Source of the DNA: Podospora anserina
Taxonomy: Eukaryota
Length of the DNA: 64,000 nt
Assembly (NCBI GenBank): GCA_017654855.1
Contig: CM030333.1
Coordinates: 4,588,001 to 4,652,000 of the forward strand
Direction: 5' to 3'
Of the stretch, positions 24,884 to 38,776 are shown one piece after another; within the stretch, counting starts at the first letter, position 1, and every line of letters starts with the position of its first letter. Position numbers and translations under genes: made by a program. The notes under the pieces are model-generated. The model made no database searches, had not been told where the DNA came from, and worked only from the letters and a program-made list of their open reading frames with translations.

Positions 24884-25716
24884 TTTTTGTTATTTTTCAT
24901 GATTTGAGACGAACCGGGGTTGGTCATCGGTTAGAGTGGGGAGCCGGGTTTGCTGTTTCTATTGCTTGTATCGTTGCTTATACTTGCGGTGTCTTTCCTG
25001 AGAGGTATAAAACGCATCGTCACGGATGGGATGGGATTGGGTGTCATGAGCGGGCGTTTGGGACATGGGAGGGTCGGTTTTGCACGTGTTATGAGGCACA
25101 AATAGGAAGGGAGTAGTTACACATGAAAGGGTTGACACCACTTGGTGGGGAAATTTGTCAATTCAACGGTTACTACCTCTCAATTCTTTTGTTCAGATAC
25201 CTATGGACATGGTCAAGTAAAACCCAACACTTCGCAACGGGGTCAAGTGTATCGTAGCAGCCAACCTTCCAGACCCCTCCCCTTTTCCTTTCCTCCCCAT
25301 AGCCCAAAAGATTGCTCTTCTCCCCAAATTCTCTTTCATAACAAACACACACGTAGAGAGAGACACATCGCCATCTTTTTTTTGCTCGCTTGCTCGCAGT
25401 TTGCAAGGGTATAATCGCAATGATAAAATGAAAAACCAGATTCCAACAGACAGCAAATAATCCAATCATGTGCCATGTGGCTCTCCCAACTTCAAAAAAC
25501 ATACACATCTACACACAAAAACTCGAGAAAAGTCCCATCCGGTTTCCATCCCTTCCAACCCATTCGCAACACAAGATAAACAGATATGGTATCCCCAAAC
25601 ACAATCCCAACAAAAAAACATCCATAATCAAAACATCACATCAACGACACCAAGACAGAAGCCTGTCCTGTCTCCTCTTCCATCCCCTCGTCTTTATTAT
25701 CTTTGTTTTTAACAGC

Positions 25717-28700
25717 TTAAAATGTATCCGTATCCTGCGAGTTCATTGTCCCAAAGGTATCTAATATCCTGTCAGCTCCCATCCAACTTTTTCGTCCATC
25801 TGCAGTCATTACATACCTCTCTTCCTGCTCCTCTGCTGGCTCCCCTGCTGTCTCTCGTCATCCTCAAAATCACTCCCCAACGGGCTAGCGACACCCCCGC
25901 TCCGCCCAGTAGGCGTCATCGGTCTCGGCCCAGACGGCCGTCTGCCAACCTGCGTCTGCGCACCAGTCAAGTTCCTGTTCTCGGGCTTGGGGCTGCGCTG
26001 GCCCTCGCTGATGTAGCTGGCAGTAGGCACGCCATGCGTCATGGTGCCGTACCCGCTCTCAACGCTGTGGTGAGGGAGGGGGCTCCCCTTTTGGAGCTTG
26101 CTGACCCTCTTGTTCTGGATGGGGGTGCCACCGCGGACCAGGCCACCACCGCCGGGGCTGTTGGGGATGACGTCGTTAAGGGGCTCCTTGGGGGGGCGAG
26201 GGGGACCGCCAGAGGTGGCAGTCATATTCTGGGCAGCGGGGGACTGCGACCACATTTGTTGGTATTCCTGGGTGGCTGAACCGTAGCTGTCCCGGTTGGG
26301 GTTGCGAGGGAAGCGGTTGAGGCTCGTGGCGGAGCCAGCCCAGTCGGCCGACTTGGGGGACATGGGAGTGTCATAGCCCAGGGCTTGGGACTCGAGGGCG
26401 GCCTTGAAGCGCTCAGTCTGTCCCTGACGAGGCTGAGGGTGCTGAAGGTTGAGCGAGTCGCGATGAGCCTTGTACTTAGGGTCCTCGGGCGTCCCGGGGA
26501 CCATGGTAATCCAATTGGCAGTAGGGGGCCCGCCCGGAATGGGCTGGTTGTAGAGATCCCCATCGTGGTAGGTCTGCTGCTGTTGTTGCTGGAACCCACC
26601 CTCGCTCAAGTCCTGTGCGGAGAAGCCACTGTGGAGCTTGTCGGTTTCAGGGGCTTGTCCGGACGCAAGCTGGTAGTTCTCAGAGTAGTGATCCAGGGAC
26701 CCCGAGCGAGATGGTCCAGTGGGAAGGTTGAGTTCCTCAGTCTTGGTGGACTGCTTGCTGAGGCGAGACTCGGCCACGCCGCTGGACGCGGTGGTTTCAG
26801 ACCAGCGCGAAATCTTGGGGATACGGAACCAGCTGGACCGGGACTTCTTCTTGCCTTCCTCGGTCCGAGGCGTATTCTCGTTGCTCATGGAGGCTTGCGC
26901 CTGAGCTGGTGCCTGTGGCGGAGTAGCCATTGGCACAGACTCGGCACGCTGAATATTTGCTGGGGTCATCAGCATGTCATTGTTGTCGTAGTTGACGCTC
27001 TCATTCCCTCCACGAGCATCATACTCTTCCTCACTGTCCTCGGGAACGGTGCTAATTCTGTGTCCCGAAGTCATGCGGTCATAGCCAGGCTTCACAGATG
27101 TTCCGCGAGATTGCAGCGAGAAGTGAGACTGTGATGGGTGGCTCGCTGTCGAAGTACCAGCGTGGCCCTCTGGCTCATAGCCGTGGTCCTGCTCATACTG
27201 GCCTTCTGGCTGGAGGTGGAAGGATGATCGGTCGTCCTGAATAGCTCGCTGTTGTCCAGGCACGGTTTGCGCCTTGAGAACGTCCACTTCGGTCAACAAC
27301 TGGTTCAGCATATCCTCGATCCTGCCGAGGTCGTTGGTTCCCTTGGCTCCCAAGCCCAACAGGGCACGGCGGAAGATGCTTCTCTTCTTGGCATTGATAT
27401 CATCGCCATTAACCGAGCCACCCTGGATCGAGCGAGCCGCGGTGCTGCCGGGGTACGGTCGTGGGCCATTGATGGCGCGAGTGACGCTCTTGTCAGTGTT
27501 CTCCTTGACTTCGGTGATGATGACGTCTTCGGTATCTGCCAACAGCTTCTTGAGATCCTCAAAGTTGTTGCGCATCTCGGTAGCAGAGCGGACAAGGGTG
27601 ACCAGAATCTCGGTATCCCTTGCGCTGCGCTGCGCGTCCCTAACCATCAAGTGCTGCATGAGAGCCATAATATCTCTTGATTCGATGTTGTCCATGCCCA
27701 TCCCGGTGGCAGGATCGTACATTGGCGAAGCAATGCCCTGAGACATGCCGCTAAGGTGGCGTGGGTTGCCATGATTGTAGAATGGATCATCCAACGCCCC
27801 ACCCGGTCCACGAGTGGCAAGCCCGAAATCAACACCCTTTCCTTTGTCCTGGACGTCAGGTGTCTTGTTGGGGCCTTGGGAAATATAGCCCTCGTCGACC
27901 TTGAGCCCGAGTGGGCTACGGGTGCCATAGTCATCGTAAGCAGCGTCGAATCCATTGCCTCCGAGCCCAGGGAGGTTGGCGATGGGGCTGGTTCCCTCAT
28001 AAGGATTTGTGACCAGGGTGTCACGCTTGCGATCTTCGGAGGTGCGATACCATTCGTCGTGCTCTTGGCTAGCCTGTCGGCTGTGATTTTGGGCCATGGC
28101 CATGCCAGCAGCAGCACCGAGTGCAGCGGCGCCGGCAATAACAAGATTTCCTCCGTTGCCCTTTTGCTGCGCAGGCGAACCATCGAGGGGTTCGTAGTCG
28201 ATGCCATCATCAGGTGGGTACTGAGCACGCTGCCGAGGCGTGGCTTCCTCAGGCCACTGGCCTTCCTCGTCACGGCCGCCATCATCGTCAAGGAGAGATG
28301 GGTTAGTCAGAAGATCATCCTCATACCCCCAATCCAAAATTTCTGGCATGAGCTCGTTTTGATTCGGTATATAGCTCGAAGCCATTGTTGGTTTCTCATG
28401 CTCGCTGCCAAGCTTCTCGGTGCTGAGTGATGGATCAATTCCAGGACGTGGTCCATTTTGTGTGCGCTCCTTGAAAGAGCGGTTGCGCTGGACACCAGCA
28501 CCCTGCCATGCTTGCTCTTCCTGAGTCTCCTGCTGTCCCTTCCCGTTCTGCGCCCGGAGAGCAGCTGCAGCGGCATCCACCGCACGGCTGGCAATCGCAG
28601 CTTCTGATACTGTTGGGGACTGGCGGTAGGTAGTGTTCTGTGGAACCTTGCGCCCATACTCATCAAGCTCATACTGTACGAACTCGCGAGATCGCTGGCC

Positions 28701-31205
28701 TTCTGAAGCTTGGCTGACCACGGAGCGCTTGGTTGGGCTACCGAGCTGTCGGTCAATTTCCTCGTCAAGAGTCGCCATGGATTCACGGCCTTGGTAAAGC
28801 TTGTCCGAGTCCACCGTCAAAGCCGATCCTTCCAACATCGAGGCGTCGATGAGGGATGCGACATTGGACTCGATGCCGACAGGGTGCACAAAGGCTGGAT
28901 TCAACGCAACAGCACGTACAGCCTGGCCCGAGGTTACGCGGTCGAGTTCGCTGCCGGCGGGGCTTGGTCCTTGGGTTTGGTCGACGTTGGAGCTCCTCAC
29001 GCTTCGGTCGTCGTCATCGTAGCCTGCAAAATTGCGATTCATTGCTCCTCCATCCTGGCGTGGAGACTTGTTGGCTGTGGAAATTTCCGAGTCGATAGTG
29101 CGGTGGGTAGCTCTCGAATCCCGGTTTGGCCCTACGTCGCTACCAGCTTCCGTATATCCCGAGACGCTGGGGATAGGGCTGAGGCCCCGACGTTCGGGTT
29201 GATAGGGGACGTATTTGAGGGGTGGAGGTACGTCTTGGGTGCTGTAATAATCGTATGGGTTGGGTGGATATTGTGGGGACGGCTCCTCGTCCTCGTCGTC
29301 GTACTCTTCGTCCTGAAATTGCCGCGCATGGCGAGAAGGGACTTTCTTGCCATTGTCATCAAGAACATACTGGTCAGGATCACCAGTGCGTTGACGGGGT
29401 AACGCCTTGAGGTCTCCGTGCGAGAGGTTAGCGTGTTGGGCTCCCAGGGCTTGTAGAGTGTTGACAGGGGTCCTGGTGGGAGTCGGCGTCGACTCTGACG
29501 AAATCGGCCCTTGGGTCAAATCACGAACAGGGGTGAGCTCCTCGCTGGCCGAGTGGGGTCTGTCGGTATCGGCCGACAAAATGGATGCCCTTGTCACATC
29601 CGAGGCGTTGACATCACTCATCAGAGGCATCGGTGGGGCTGGAGGTGCAAGCAGGTCCGAGTCTTCGTACTGGTCGAACGCTTGTTGTTCAGAACTACGA
29701 TTTCGTCTCTCGTCCCTTCGTCGTCTCCTTGACCGTTGCTTGTCTTCTGAAGGGGAACCAAACGCCTCGTGTGCAGCAACGGCGGCAGCGCCCAAAGCGG
29801 CCCCGGCGGCTGCAACTTTCAGGGGCTCAATGCTGCGAACTGGTGTGTTATCGAGGTCATGGGAGTCTTCTACTGATTCGTGGCTGAGAGCGCTGCTGTC
29901 GTCGAAGTCGTTATTTCGTGCCTCTCGGTCTCGTCTCTCCTTGCTGGTCTTGAGGCTGTCGCGGGGTGTCAGCATCTTGTCGGTGCCATTGGACCGTCGT
30001 TTGTCGCTCGCATAATCATCCCTCGACGCTGATGTAGCGCTGGATGTCGTAGAATCGCGCCGGCTTCCTCGCCGGCTCTGTTCTCGCTTGAGGGCGTTGA
30101 GTTCTGGTAGAATGAGGCGGCGAATGGCATCCTCCACTGTCTCCAAAAGTTTCGGATTATTGATGGACGATGTCTTTGAGGCGCCAGATCTGATGGAGTG
30201 CTGGTCCACGGACCGATGACTGGGGGCAAGAGCCGATGAAACCATGCTGGAGTCGGCCACTGACACCATGGACTCTGGGTGTCCTTTACTTGACCTCCTA
30301 CTTGACCGATCCGCATACTTGTCATCCTTGCTGACACTGCTCGTCCGGCTCTTGCTAGACTTGTGCTTACTGCGGTCCCTCTCCTTGTCTCGAGACCTAG
30401 TAACAACCACCCTTTCGCGGCCCCCTTCTCGTGTCCGGGACTTTTCAGAGGCGGCTGTGGCGCTCGCGGCGGCACCCAAGCCGACAGCAGCAGCTGCTAC
30501 ATAATCCGGACTCTTGGAGTCGGATGCTCTGAATGAGGTGGTCCCGCCAGATCCATCGAGGAAGCTGTCGGTTGGTATGGCCGAAATGTCACTCATGTTG
30601 CCGCCTGTGTAACTGGCCTTGCTACCATCAGCAGCCGGTATGAGAGGGCTCGCCGGGCGGCGGCGGCGAGCGCCTCGCTCAATTTCGATGTCAATGGGGT
30701 TTCGACTAACGTTGCTCTCCTCTGTGGCTGAAGCATATGAGCTGGCGTCTTCAAGATCGTTGCTGATGGCCGACAGCGTCTCGGCAGCAGAGCGGCGACC
30801 GCCGCTCGCTTTTCTCGATGATCTTGACTCGGTGATCCGAATGTGGTCTCCGTCGGAGCCCCTGCTGCTGCGACGTTTGCTGCTTGGTGTCAAGCGGACT
30901 CGAACACTGGGTTTGCGCGAGTCGGCCGACGCCGAGTTGCCGCTGGTGCTCTTCCCACCTTCGAAGTACTCGATCAGGAGAGATGTCTGCGATTTGCTTG
31001 CGCGATGCCCCGCTCGGATAGTTACGGGTGTACCATCATCTGGGATGGAATAAGAGGACTTTTCGTCTCCGGGGGCAGATACCTCGCTGCCAAGTTCGGT
31101 CCCCAGGTCAGTCCCGGTCGGCGCTGCAGTGTGGATGGTCGATTCGGTCTCTGTGGGCACTGGCAATGGCGGCGGCCGACTAGACTTCTTCGTGTCTGCA
31201 CCCAT
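25717..31205 (-). CDS. Large uncharacterised, mostly low-complexity protein with predicted coiled-coil patches, ~1810 aa; exons 31205-25817, 25760-25717
   Basis: 5.4-kb uninterrupted ORF. A terminal intron at 25816-25761 (GTATGT...GCTGAC...TAG) gives ...RKRDTFGTMNSQDTDTF*. The start codon is uncertain because an upstream exon is possible. Confidence 0.8.
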
Positions 31206-32754
31206 GATGGCGTGTAATGTGTGTTGTGAGCCCAAAGGGGTGTTGGTGTGGTATTAGGTGTCAACAGTGGCCCCTGTGTTGTTGCCCAATTATTACTCCC
31301 AGGTTGGGGAACCCCCTTACGTGTGGAGGAGGACGGCCAGAGAGGGTGGGGGGATTGAAACACAGGAATAATCGCGGGAAAACGGCAACGATGTGTTGGC
31401 CAGCCAGAAAGCGTCGCCTATTAACACTCGCAGTCCAGAATCATCAGAATGCGGGAATGTCTGCAGGAAATGTGGAATATGTGAGCAATGAGGGATCGCG
31501 TAGGCAGGAGGAGGCACGCACCCAAGGCACGAAATGCAGCTAGGTTCGCCGATGATAGGGCAGGAGGGAGGGCAGTAGGGCAGAAAGAGACTCCTGACAG
31601 GCTGCACGAGGCAGTATCAGGATGTGGAAGTGTCGCTGGCTGCTGGGACGTACGAGCAGAGAAGCAGAACAGGTGCACAGAATCGATGGGGCCGAGTGGC
31701 GGGCGGCCTGTCGAAGGAGAAAAAGTGAGTGGCGGCGCAACGAGACGGACGGCTGTTGTTGATAGGAGCAAGGCGGACAGGGATTCTCTCGGCAGCGGGG
31801 CAGTTTGCGTCGATAAACAGAACCTGGAAGTCAACTTCCTGTTCGTCGTTTTCGAAAATCAATTATTTTTTCTTCGTTTCGGCCGCAGTTGAATGTATGT
31901 ACAGAGAAAGGGGTTGCTGCAGGCGATATGCCACCTCCTGCTGGTGTTGGCCGGAGAGGGCGGTGGGATGCGAGGCGATGGGAAGAAGATGGAAGACGGC
32001 GGCGGGATAGGCGGTGGCCTCCTCGAAGCTAGCTTGTACAAAGTAGGTCCTCCAAGCTCGAATCCAATGCCGAGTTCGAGCGGTTTTGGGGGCGGATCCA
32101 GAGGACTGGTCGCAACGTGATGCGCACGCCTGGCCTTCTTGGATTCTGGCAGGAAGCGGACCTCGGACACAGGCTGGGTGACTGGCAGAGCCTATGGGAG
32201 ACTTTGTTGTTGTCCAGGAGCGGCTGGGATTGCTCGAGGTGCTTGATGTGCTGGCGCTGCTTCAAGGGCCCAGCCAATTGCGCGTGGAGTCTGGGGTCGG
32301 TGGTGCAGCGAGGTGCAGACAAGCTTGCAACGGGACGGCGGAGCAGCGAGAGACAGACGAGACGAGGCTGCTGCTGCGGAGTCGAGGGGGGAGAAATCGA
32401 GCAAAAACCGCACACCAGCCGCCAACGGTGTCGGTTCCACTGTACTTTCTTGAGCAGCAGCGTACAAGATCGTTGGTGAGATGGAGATGTCTGCGATATG
32501 GTAAACGGGAGAGAAGCTTGGAGGGGGTTTGTTGACATTGACTTTGCTGCCAAGTACATCAGCAGGCCTGACCACCAAGTGAGCAGGACCCGACTAGGTG
32601 CTAGGTGACAGGACGGGGGCTGGGGGATTTATCGGATGGGCTCCACAGTGACGGTTTACGGTAGCACGGAGGTACAGAACGGACAATCGCCCTGAGCGAC
32701 CGGGGCAAGTGCCCCTAAGCCCAGAGGCCTGGCTCCTTCCACACCTAAGGCGTG

Positions 32755-32930
32755 GCCTCGCTTATTCTATTAGTCAGCATTAAGCCGTCTTAGCCACCGT
32801 ATAATTTACTATCGTCGCTTTAAATTACCGGCTACTTATATAAACTATTAACTACTATATAAACTATTAATTATTACAGAAATTATTAATTATCTACTTA
32901 CTATATTACCTACTATGTTACTTATCTATT
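32755..32930. repeat. AT-rich, TpA-rich island with internal duplication; possible RIP-degraded transposon remnant
   Basis: Abrupt GC drop with many TpA and few CpA/TpG. TATATAAACTATTAA occurs at 32837 and 32856. Confidence 0.5.
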
Positions 32931-34137
32931 GGGTTTGGCGTATGGGTAAAGTGTGGGAAAAGGTGTAAAAGTGTAAATTTCACTTGCGCAAATGACCATT
33001 ATCCGTTCTGTACCTCCATGCCACCGTACGGTTGGGCGATCTCGTCTCACGCCCAGCTTCAACATTGTGCCAAACCTGGAACAGGAACGCCGTCACCGCC
33101 TATGTCACCCATACCACCAATAGTCTTGATAAAATATGTTTGTCCATTGCTCTCCCTGCTTCAAGTCTCTTCCGTTTGCCTGACCTCTGCCTCTCGAACT
33201 TCTTGTTGGATCGATCCAGCTGAGGCTACCCGGGCGTCCCGCCATTGCCGCCGTCCAATTACGCCAATCTCGGCGCGGGGAATAGCTTGAGGTTTCACGG
33301 GACACGAGGATAGACCCGGTAGGGCTACTTTGTGTTAATTGGACTTGATTCATCCATCACGAAAACTCGGAAGGCGACCTCAGCTGCGGTGTTTTGTCTA
33401 CGAACTCGGTGGGGATATATGTGGTACTATGAAATGCTTTAGAGGTCCGGCCGCAATATTATGTACATCGTCAAAACACCAGGTTAAAGTTGGGAGTCGT
33501 TCAAGGAAAGGCCTTCGCAAGACTTTCGACTGTTCATCTTGAGCTCGACGGCCTTGTTCCATGAACCAAGTCTCTGTGTTGTCTCTTGGAGACTAGCTGG
33601 TTGTTTTGAGAGTGACATTTGATATTTTCTCATGGTTACTGACATCAATGTATCAAATGTTGCTGTTAAAAGGTCTCTGAATTGATAACCTTGGATCTTG
33701 ATATCGATATCAGTATCGATAAGCTCATGGTCCGTGCATCAGCCACACGTCAACCCCAGACCACAGGAGCAAGACCCAACCAATGATGCGCCCTGCAGGA
33801 ACCCTTCATCTGAATATCGCGTCGTGTGTGTTTGGAGCTTCACTGTAAATTTCCCAGGCCAGCACCAGACGACAACGGCGACCAGCAATCCGACTTCGAC
33901 CACCCGAAACCCCACACGATTCCCAGAAACTTGGCTTCTGACCCCTCGGACTGGCGCTGGAGAGCTGTCTCGCCCGCCCCGTACTCCCAGACAGCAGCGA
34001 CCTCAGTACAAACAAACCTCCCCTCTCCGATTTCGACGACCACCACGAGAAGCGCAATCCTACGATACTGAAATAGTCAAATAAAATACAGATCCATTTT
34101 CATGTTCTGAGAACCCCCACACACGAACCACAGCAAC

Positions 34138-35462
34138 ATGACAGACTCATTGCACAACGTGTCGGTAGTGCTCGACAATGGATCCGGAACTATCAGGGCT
34201 GGCTTCGCAGGAGACGACGTACCCAAGTGCCACTTCCCATCATGGGTAGGCAGACCAAAACATCTCCGCGTTCTGGCCGGTGCGCTGGAGGGAGAGGTGT
34301 TTATCGGCCAGAAAGCGGCCACAGAGCTGCGGGGCTTGCTCAAAATCCGATACCCTCTGGAGCATGGTATTGTCACGGACTGGGATGATATGGAGAAAAT
34401 TTGGGCCTATGTGTATGACGAGGGCTTAAAGACACTGAGTGAGGAGGTAATGTTCCGGATCCTCAAGCGGAAAGGCGCAATGGCTGACAATCCCGCATGG
34501 ACATATAGCACCCTGTCCTTCTTACCGAACCACCACTCAACCCAAGGTCAAACCGTGACACGGCTGCTCAAATTCTATTCGAGACGTTCAACGTGCCAGC
34601 TCTCTACACATCAATCCAGGCTGTACTGTCTTTGTACGCCAGTGGAAGGACGACAGGTGTGGTGCTTGATGCTGGCGACGGTGTGTCCCATGCTGTACCA
34701 GTATACCAAGGGTTCACGGTGCCCAACAGTATCAGGAGAATCGATGTCGCCGGCCGCGACGTGACTGAACATCTACAGACGCTGCTCCGCAAGAGCGGTT
34801 ACGTCTTCCATACCAGCGCAGAAAAGGAGGTCGTCAGGCTCATCAAGGAGGCCACGAGCTACGTCGCGAGGGATCCCAAGAAGGAAGAGAAGGAGTGGGC
34901 AGCTTCCAAGCAGGACCAGAGCAAGTTTGCCGAATATGTCTTGCCAGATGGCAACAAGCTCAAGGTATGCATAACTTGTGTGTTCACGATGTTCAGGGAG
35001 TAGCAAATCTAACGCTAAAAAAGATTGGAGCGGAACGTTTCCGTGCCCCAGAGATCTTGTTCGACCCTGAGATCATCGGTCTTGAATATCCGGGCATTCA
35101 CCAAATAGTAGTTGATTCGATCAACAGGACGGATCTCGACCTGCGCAAGGACCTGTACATGAACATCGTCCTGTCGGGAGGTAGTACACTCACAAAGGGA
35201 TTCGGTGACAGACTTCTCAGCGAAGTACAGCGGCTTGCTGTCAAGGATATGAGAATCAAGATTTTTGCGCCCCCGGAGCGGAAGTACTCTACCTGGATTG
35301 GTGGCAGTATTCTGGCTGGTCTGAGCACATTCAGAAAGGTACGTTGACTCCCTGATAGACAGGAAATAGGGGATGGCAAAGACTAACACTCCAATCTAGA
35401 TGTGGGTCAGCATTGACGACTGGCATGAGAACCCGGATATTATCCATACCAAGTTCGCCTAG
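34138..35462 (+). CDS. ARP1: Actin-related protein 1 (centractin, dynactin subunit; ro-4 orthologue), 380 aa; exons 34138-34446, 34509-34964, 35024-35338, 35400-35462
   Basis: [87 protein letters not shown]. Three canonical introns join in frame. Confidence 0.95.
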
Positions 35463-38341
35463 GTGTAGTCAGTGCGACCGTAGATCGAGCAAGATTCATT
35501 TGATGTCGTCGACTGACAGCGCGGGCGACACTTTGCGGGTGAAGAAACAACACTTATCCGCATTCCCTATTCGTGTCGAGATTCGATGATGTTATGAGTA
35601 TGAAGTCTTGGAGGGGATCCCCGGCCCAGTACAGCGAAGGGAAGAGATACAGCACAACAAGTAAAGAAGGTGTACAAATTTATCCAGGGACTCCAGCAAA
35701 GCTTTGTACACAAGACGATTAGAACTATTGTAATATCTGGGGATACATACTTCGTTGGAAGAGGAGTCAGGAGGGGGAGTGGTTGGTGGCTGGTACTACA
35801 GCTTTTGTTGGTTGATAGGTTTTAGTGAACGTACATGTATCTTTAAAGGAGAGGAGAGAGGGGAGAAGGAGTGCGGTAGTAGGGTGTAGAAGGGTGGATG
35901 AAGGGAGTGATGGAAAAGAAAATGAATGATACCCTTTTTGCTAACCATCTCGAACATGCAATTCTTCTCTTGTCGTGATTTAAAGACTTGTACATGCTGC
36001 TTCTGTCTTGGCTTTTGGCCTCGATGCTTTTATACAGGTCGATCACCGCTAGGTTGATACCTGTCTAAAGATGCCTAGCTGCTATGAACTTGACCACGTC
36101 TCCCTCTGAGGCGTTTGCGATGACAAGACCGACGGGGCAATACCATCAGGATCCAACGTCATCAGTCCGGAGTGGAACTTCTGAGCTTTTTTCCAACCCG
36201 TGCTGCCTACTTACTTGTTTCTAATTCTTGTCCTCTATGCTTTGGAGCGGTCGTAGAAGAAAGCAAAGAATATCATCGCGACACTTTCTTCCACCGCCTC
36301 AAGTGGCATCTGGTAAGCAAAGATATTTCGATTTGATTCATATGTAGAGGTACGAAATCCCCATAACTACCCTATTATAACCGTCGGGTTGATAAGGTCT
36401 CACCTGGGTCGTCATACCACCCTTTTTTTGGGTCTATTATATACTTGGCAATCATGCTTCTGGCCGCGCAGCCTTTTGTATGAAATTGATCTTGTTTGTT
36501 TTCTTGTTTTTGAGGAGACAAGTCAGTATTTGGGAGATTGTTTTTGTCTCGGGGGTGTGTCGTGTGAGGAAGTGGCAACGACAAGAGCGTGGTTGTGTGG
36601 TGGAGCTTGAGGAAAGACTGGGAGTGTTTTCTTGTCAACTTTTGGCAACAGCCCTCTCTTCTTGGAATAATGGCAGATTCCAAAGTAGAAGACTTTGTAG
36701 AAGTCTATAGATTCTCGGCCTGGCACTCTCCTGGCATCTGTATAAGTTTGTGTACGGCAGACTTGTGTTTTGAGTATCTCTTTGACGACAAGTCCTTGCT
36801 GGAAGGATTCGTCATATTAAGGCTATGTACAAGGATAGAAAGCTTCTAGAATGGCTCAACATGTATTTACGAGAGAACGTTTCGGATTGGGCCATCTCCA
36901 GTTAATTTCGACAAGGCATGGCTACTTGGTTTGGACTACATACATTTGATGTTCCAAGGCTACGGTCTGTGTACTTACTCATTCGTATGCAGCACGAAAA
37001 ACCACGTTGCCTTGGGAAATTCAGCGGTGGTGGTTACCCATGAGCTGCCCCTGATTTTAAAACCGATAAGGAACAGAAACCGCACGGTATGTTATCCCCT
37101 TTGTTACCCAACGTTCACTCCAGCTCTTCGAGTTCCAGATTCTCAGAACGAACTCGGTTGACACCGTACCTAGGTCCCAAATTCCGCTCTCTCCGTTGAA
37201 GGCAAGCTTGAAAGTCCCTGCCAGGTACCTCAACCAAATTGCCCAAAGGGGATTCCGACAGTCCAGGTCAGGGTGAGCGGGAAGCAGCAAGCACGGAAGC
37301 GGGGGAAAAGATCTCCTTCTTTGTCCGATTTGGTGGCGTGGTAAGAATCTTGCTGTACACGTGGGACTATTACACACAAAGAAACTCGGCAACAGAGATC
37401 GCACGCGATTTTTAGAGTTTGTTTCGTAAAGGTCAAATTTGGAGAGGCAGGAGCGTTGAGGTGGGCAGGCAACCATGCAGGCAGAGAGTGATCGCTCAAC
37501 AGTGTCAAGAGAAGAGAATTGGGCGGACATATCACATCACTCATTCTAACATCATTGCAAAACATGGCAGTAAAAGATTGCTCAGTTACATTCCCATTTT
37601 ACCGGGAGTGAACCAAATAAATAACAATAATCCTTCGCACACTATCCATCCTCCAAAATCGCACCAGGGGGGTATATTGATTCGCACTCCATCCCAAAAA
37701 CAAAACAGCCGTCAAATCAAAAAACCACTATTCAACAGAAAGAAAACCGCTTCTTATTCTCCATTGTTCATAACTCTTTCCCCGTCCAATTCTCCTCCGC
37801 TCCTTTTCTTCAACCGAAACCCAAATTTCCCGACCGTTGGTACCGGTAGTTGAACTGCCGGTGAGATGGTGTGAGGTGAGGTGTTTGTTTTGTTGGCGCC
37901 TCAGCTCGTGTGGAGTTTTGACTTTTTGAGTTGGAGACCGCTGGAGCCCCTTTTCCCAAGCCTTGCTCCACACATCCCAGCACACCAACAAACCATCCGG
38001 TCTCTCGCCAAACCCACCAACAAAGGGGTACCGGTTCGTCTGATGACAGAATTCATCTTGTCGAGGTGACAAAAGATTGCTGAGCTGAGAAATTTTCGGT
38101 AGTCGTTGCTTCGTTGTTGTTGGTATCCTTCTGAGGCCCCTGCCCTCCGTGACAAAAAAAAAATGAAAAATGAATAACTTTTTGATATCCCCTTCCCGAT
38201 TCATAAAACCCTCCGGAACGCCGTGCTGTGTTGTTTGCAAAAGTTGGTGTGGTATGAATATAGACAAATGAAACAGAAGCGCAGAGCAGATGAGTCGTCG
38301 AGTGTGTCGTCTCAACGACTCACGACAGAGTCAGAGTCGAC

Positions 38342-38776
38342 TTAGTGGCCGAGGCTGCTGATGCGGCCCCAGAAGCCAGACTTAGTGCTGCCGTTGGTGC
38401 TGTTGGAGTCTCTCCGGCTGAGCTCGGTCGAGTTCTTCTTGGTGGAGGAGGAGCTGGAGCTGAAGATGTTGCCGGCGCCACCGCGGCCTACGTGGCTGAT
38501 GGTGGCAGCCTTCTCGCGGACCTCGGCGCGGGTGAACTCCTCGTCGAAGGAGAGGACAGGGCGCTCGGCTTTGGCGTGAGCGTTGCCGGCACCGCCCCGG
38601 CCGGAGTAGAAACGGCCGGTGCTGGAGGGGGTGGTAGCAGCGGGGGTAGGGACACCGGAGGGAGCGGTGGTCTGAGGAGCACGGAAGAAGTTGCCAGCAC
38701 CGCCACGGCCAGAGTGGGTGTAGCTGTTCTTAGCAACGGTGGGGTGAGGCTCGGTGATGGTGTAGAGAGAAGGCAT
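38342..38776 (-). CDS. Small GRGGAGN-repeat protein (DUF3602, Par32-like), 144 aa
   Basis: Three GRGGAGN motifs, strong C-ending codon bias, and good start context (gccaaaATG). Confidence 0.85.
   Translation of the reverse strand: MPSLYTITEPHPTVAKNSYTHSGRGGAGNFFRAPQTTAPSGVPTPAATTPSSTGRFYSGRGGAGNAHAKAERPVLSFDEEFTRAEVREKAATISHVGRGGAGNIFSSSSSSTKKNSTELSRRDSNSTNGSTKSGFWGRISSLGH

Noticed and set aside
35500..38280. Possible gene between ARP1 and the GRGGAGN gene
   Set aside because: Only short ORFs; I could not assemble a spliced frame with protein-like content.
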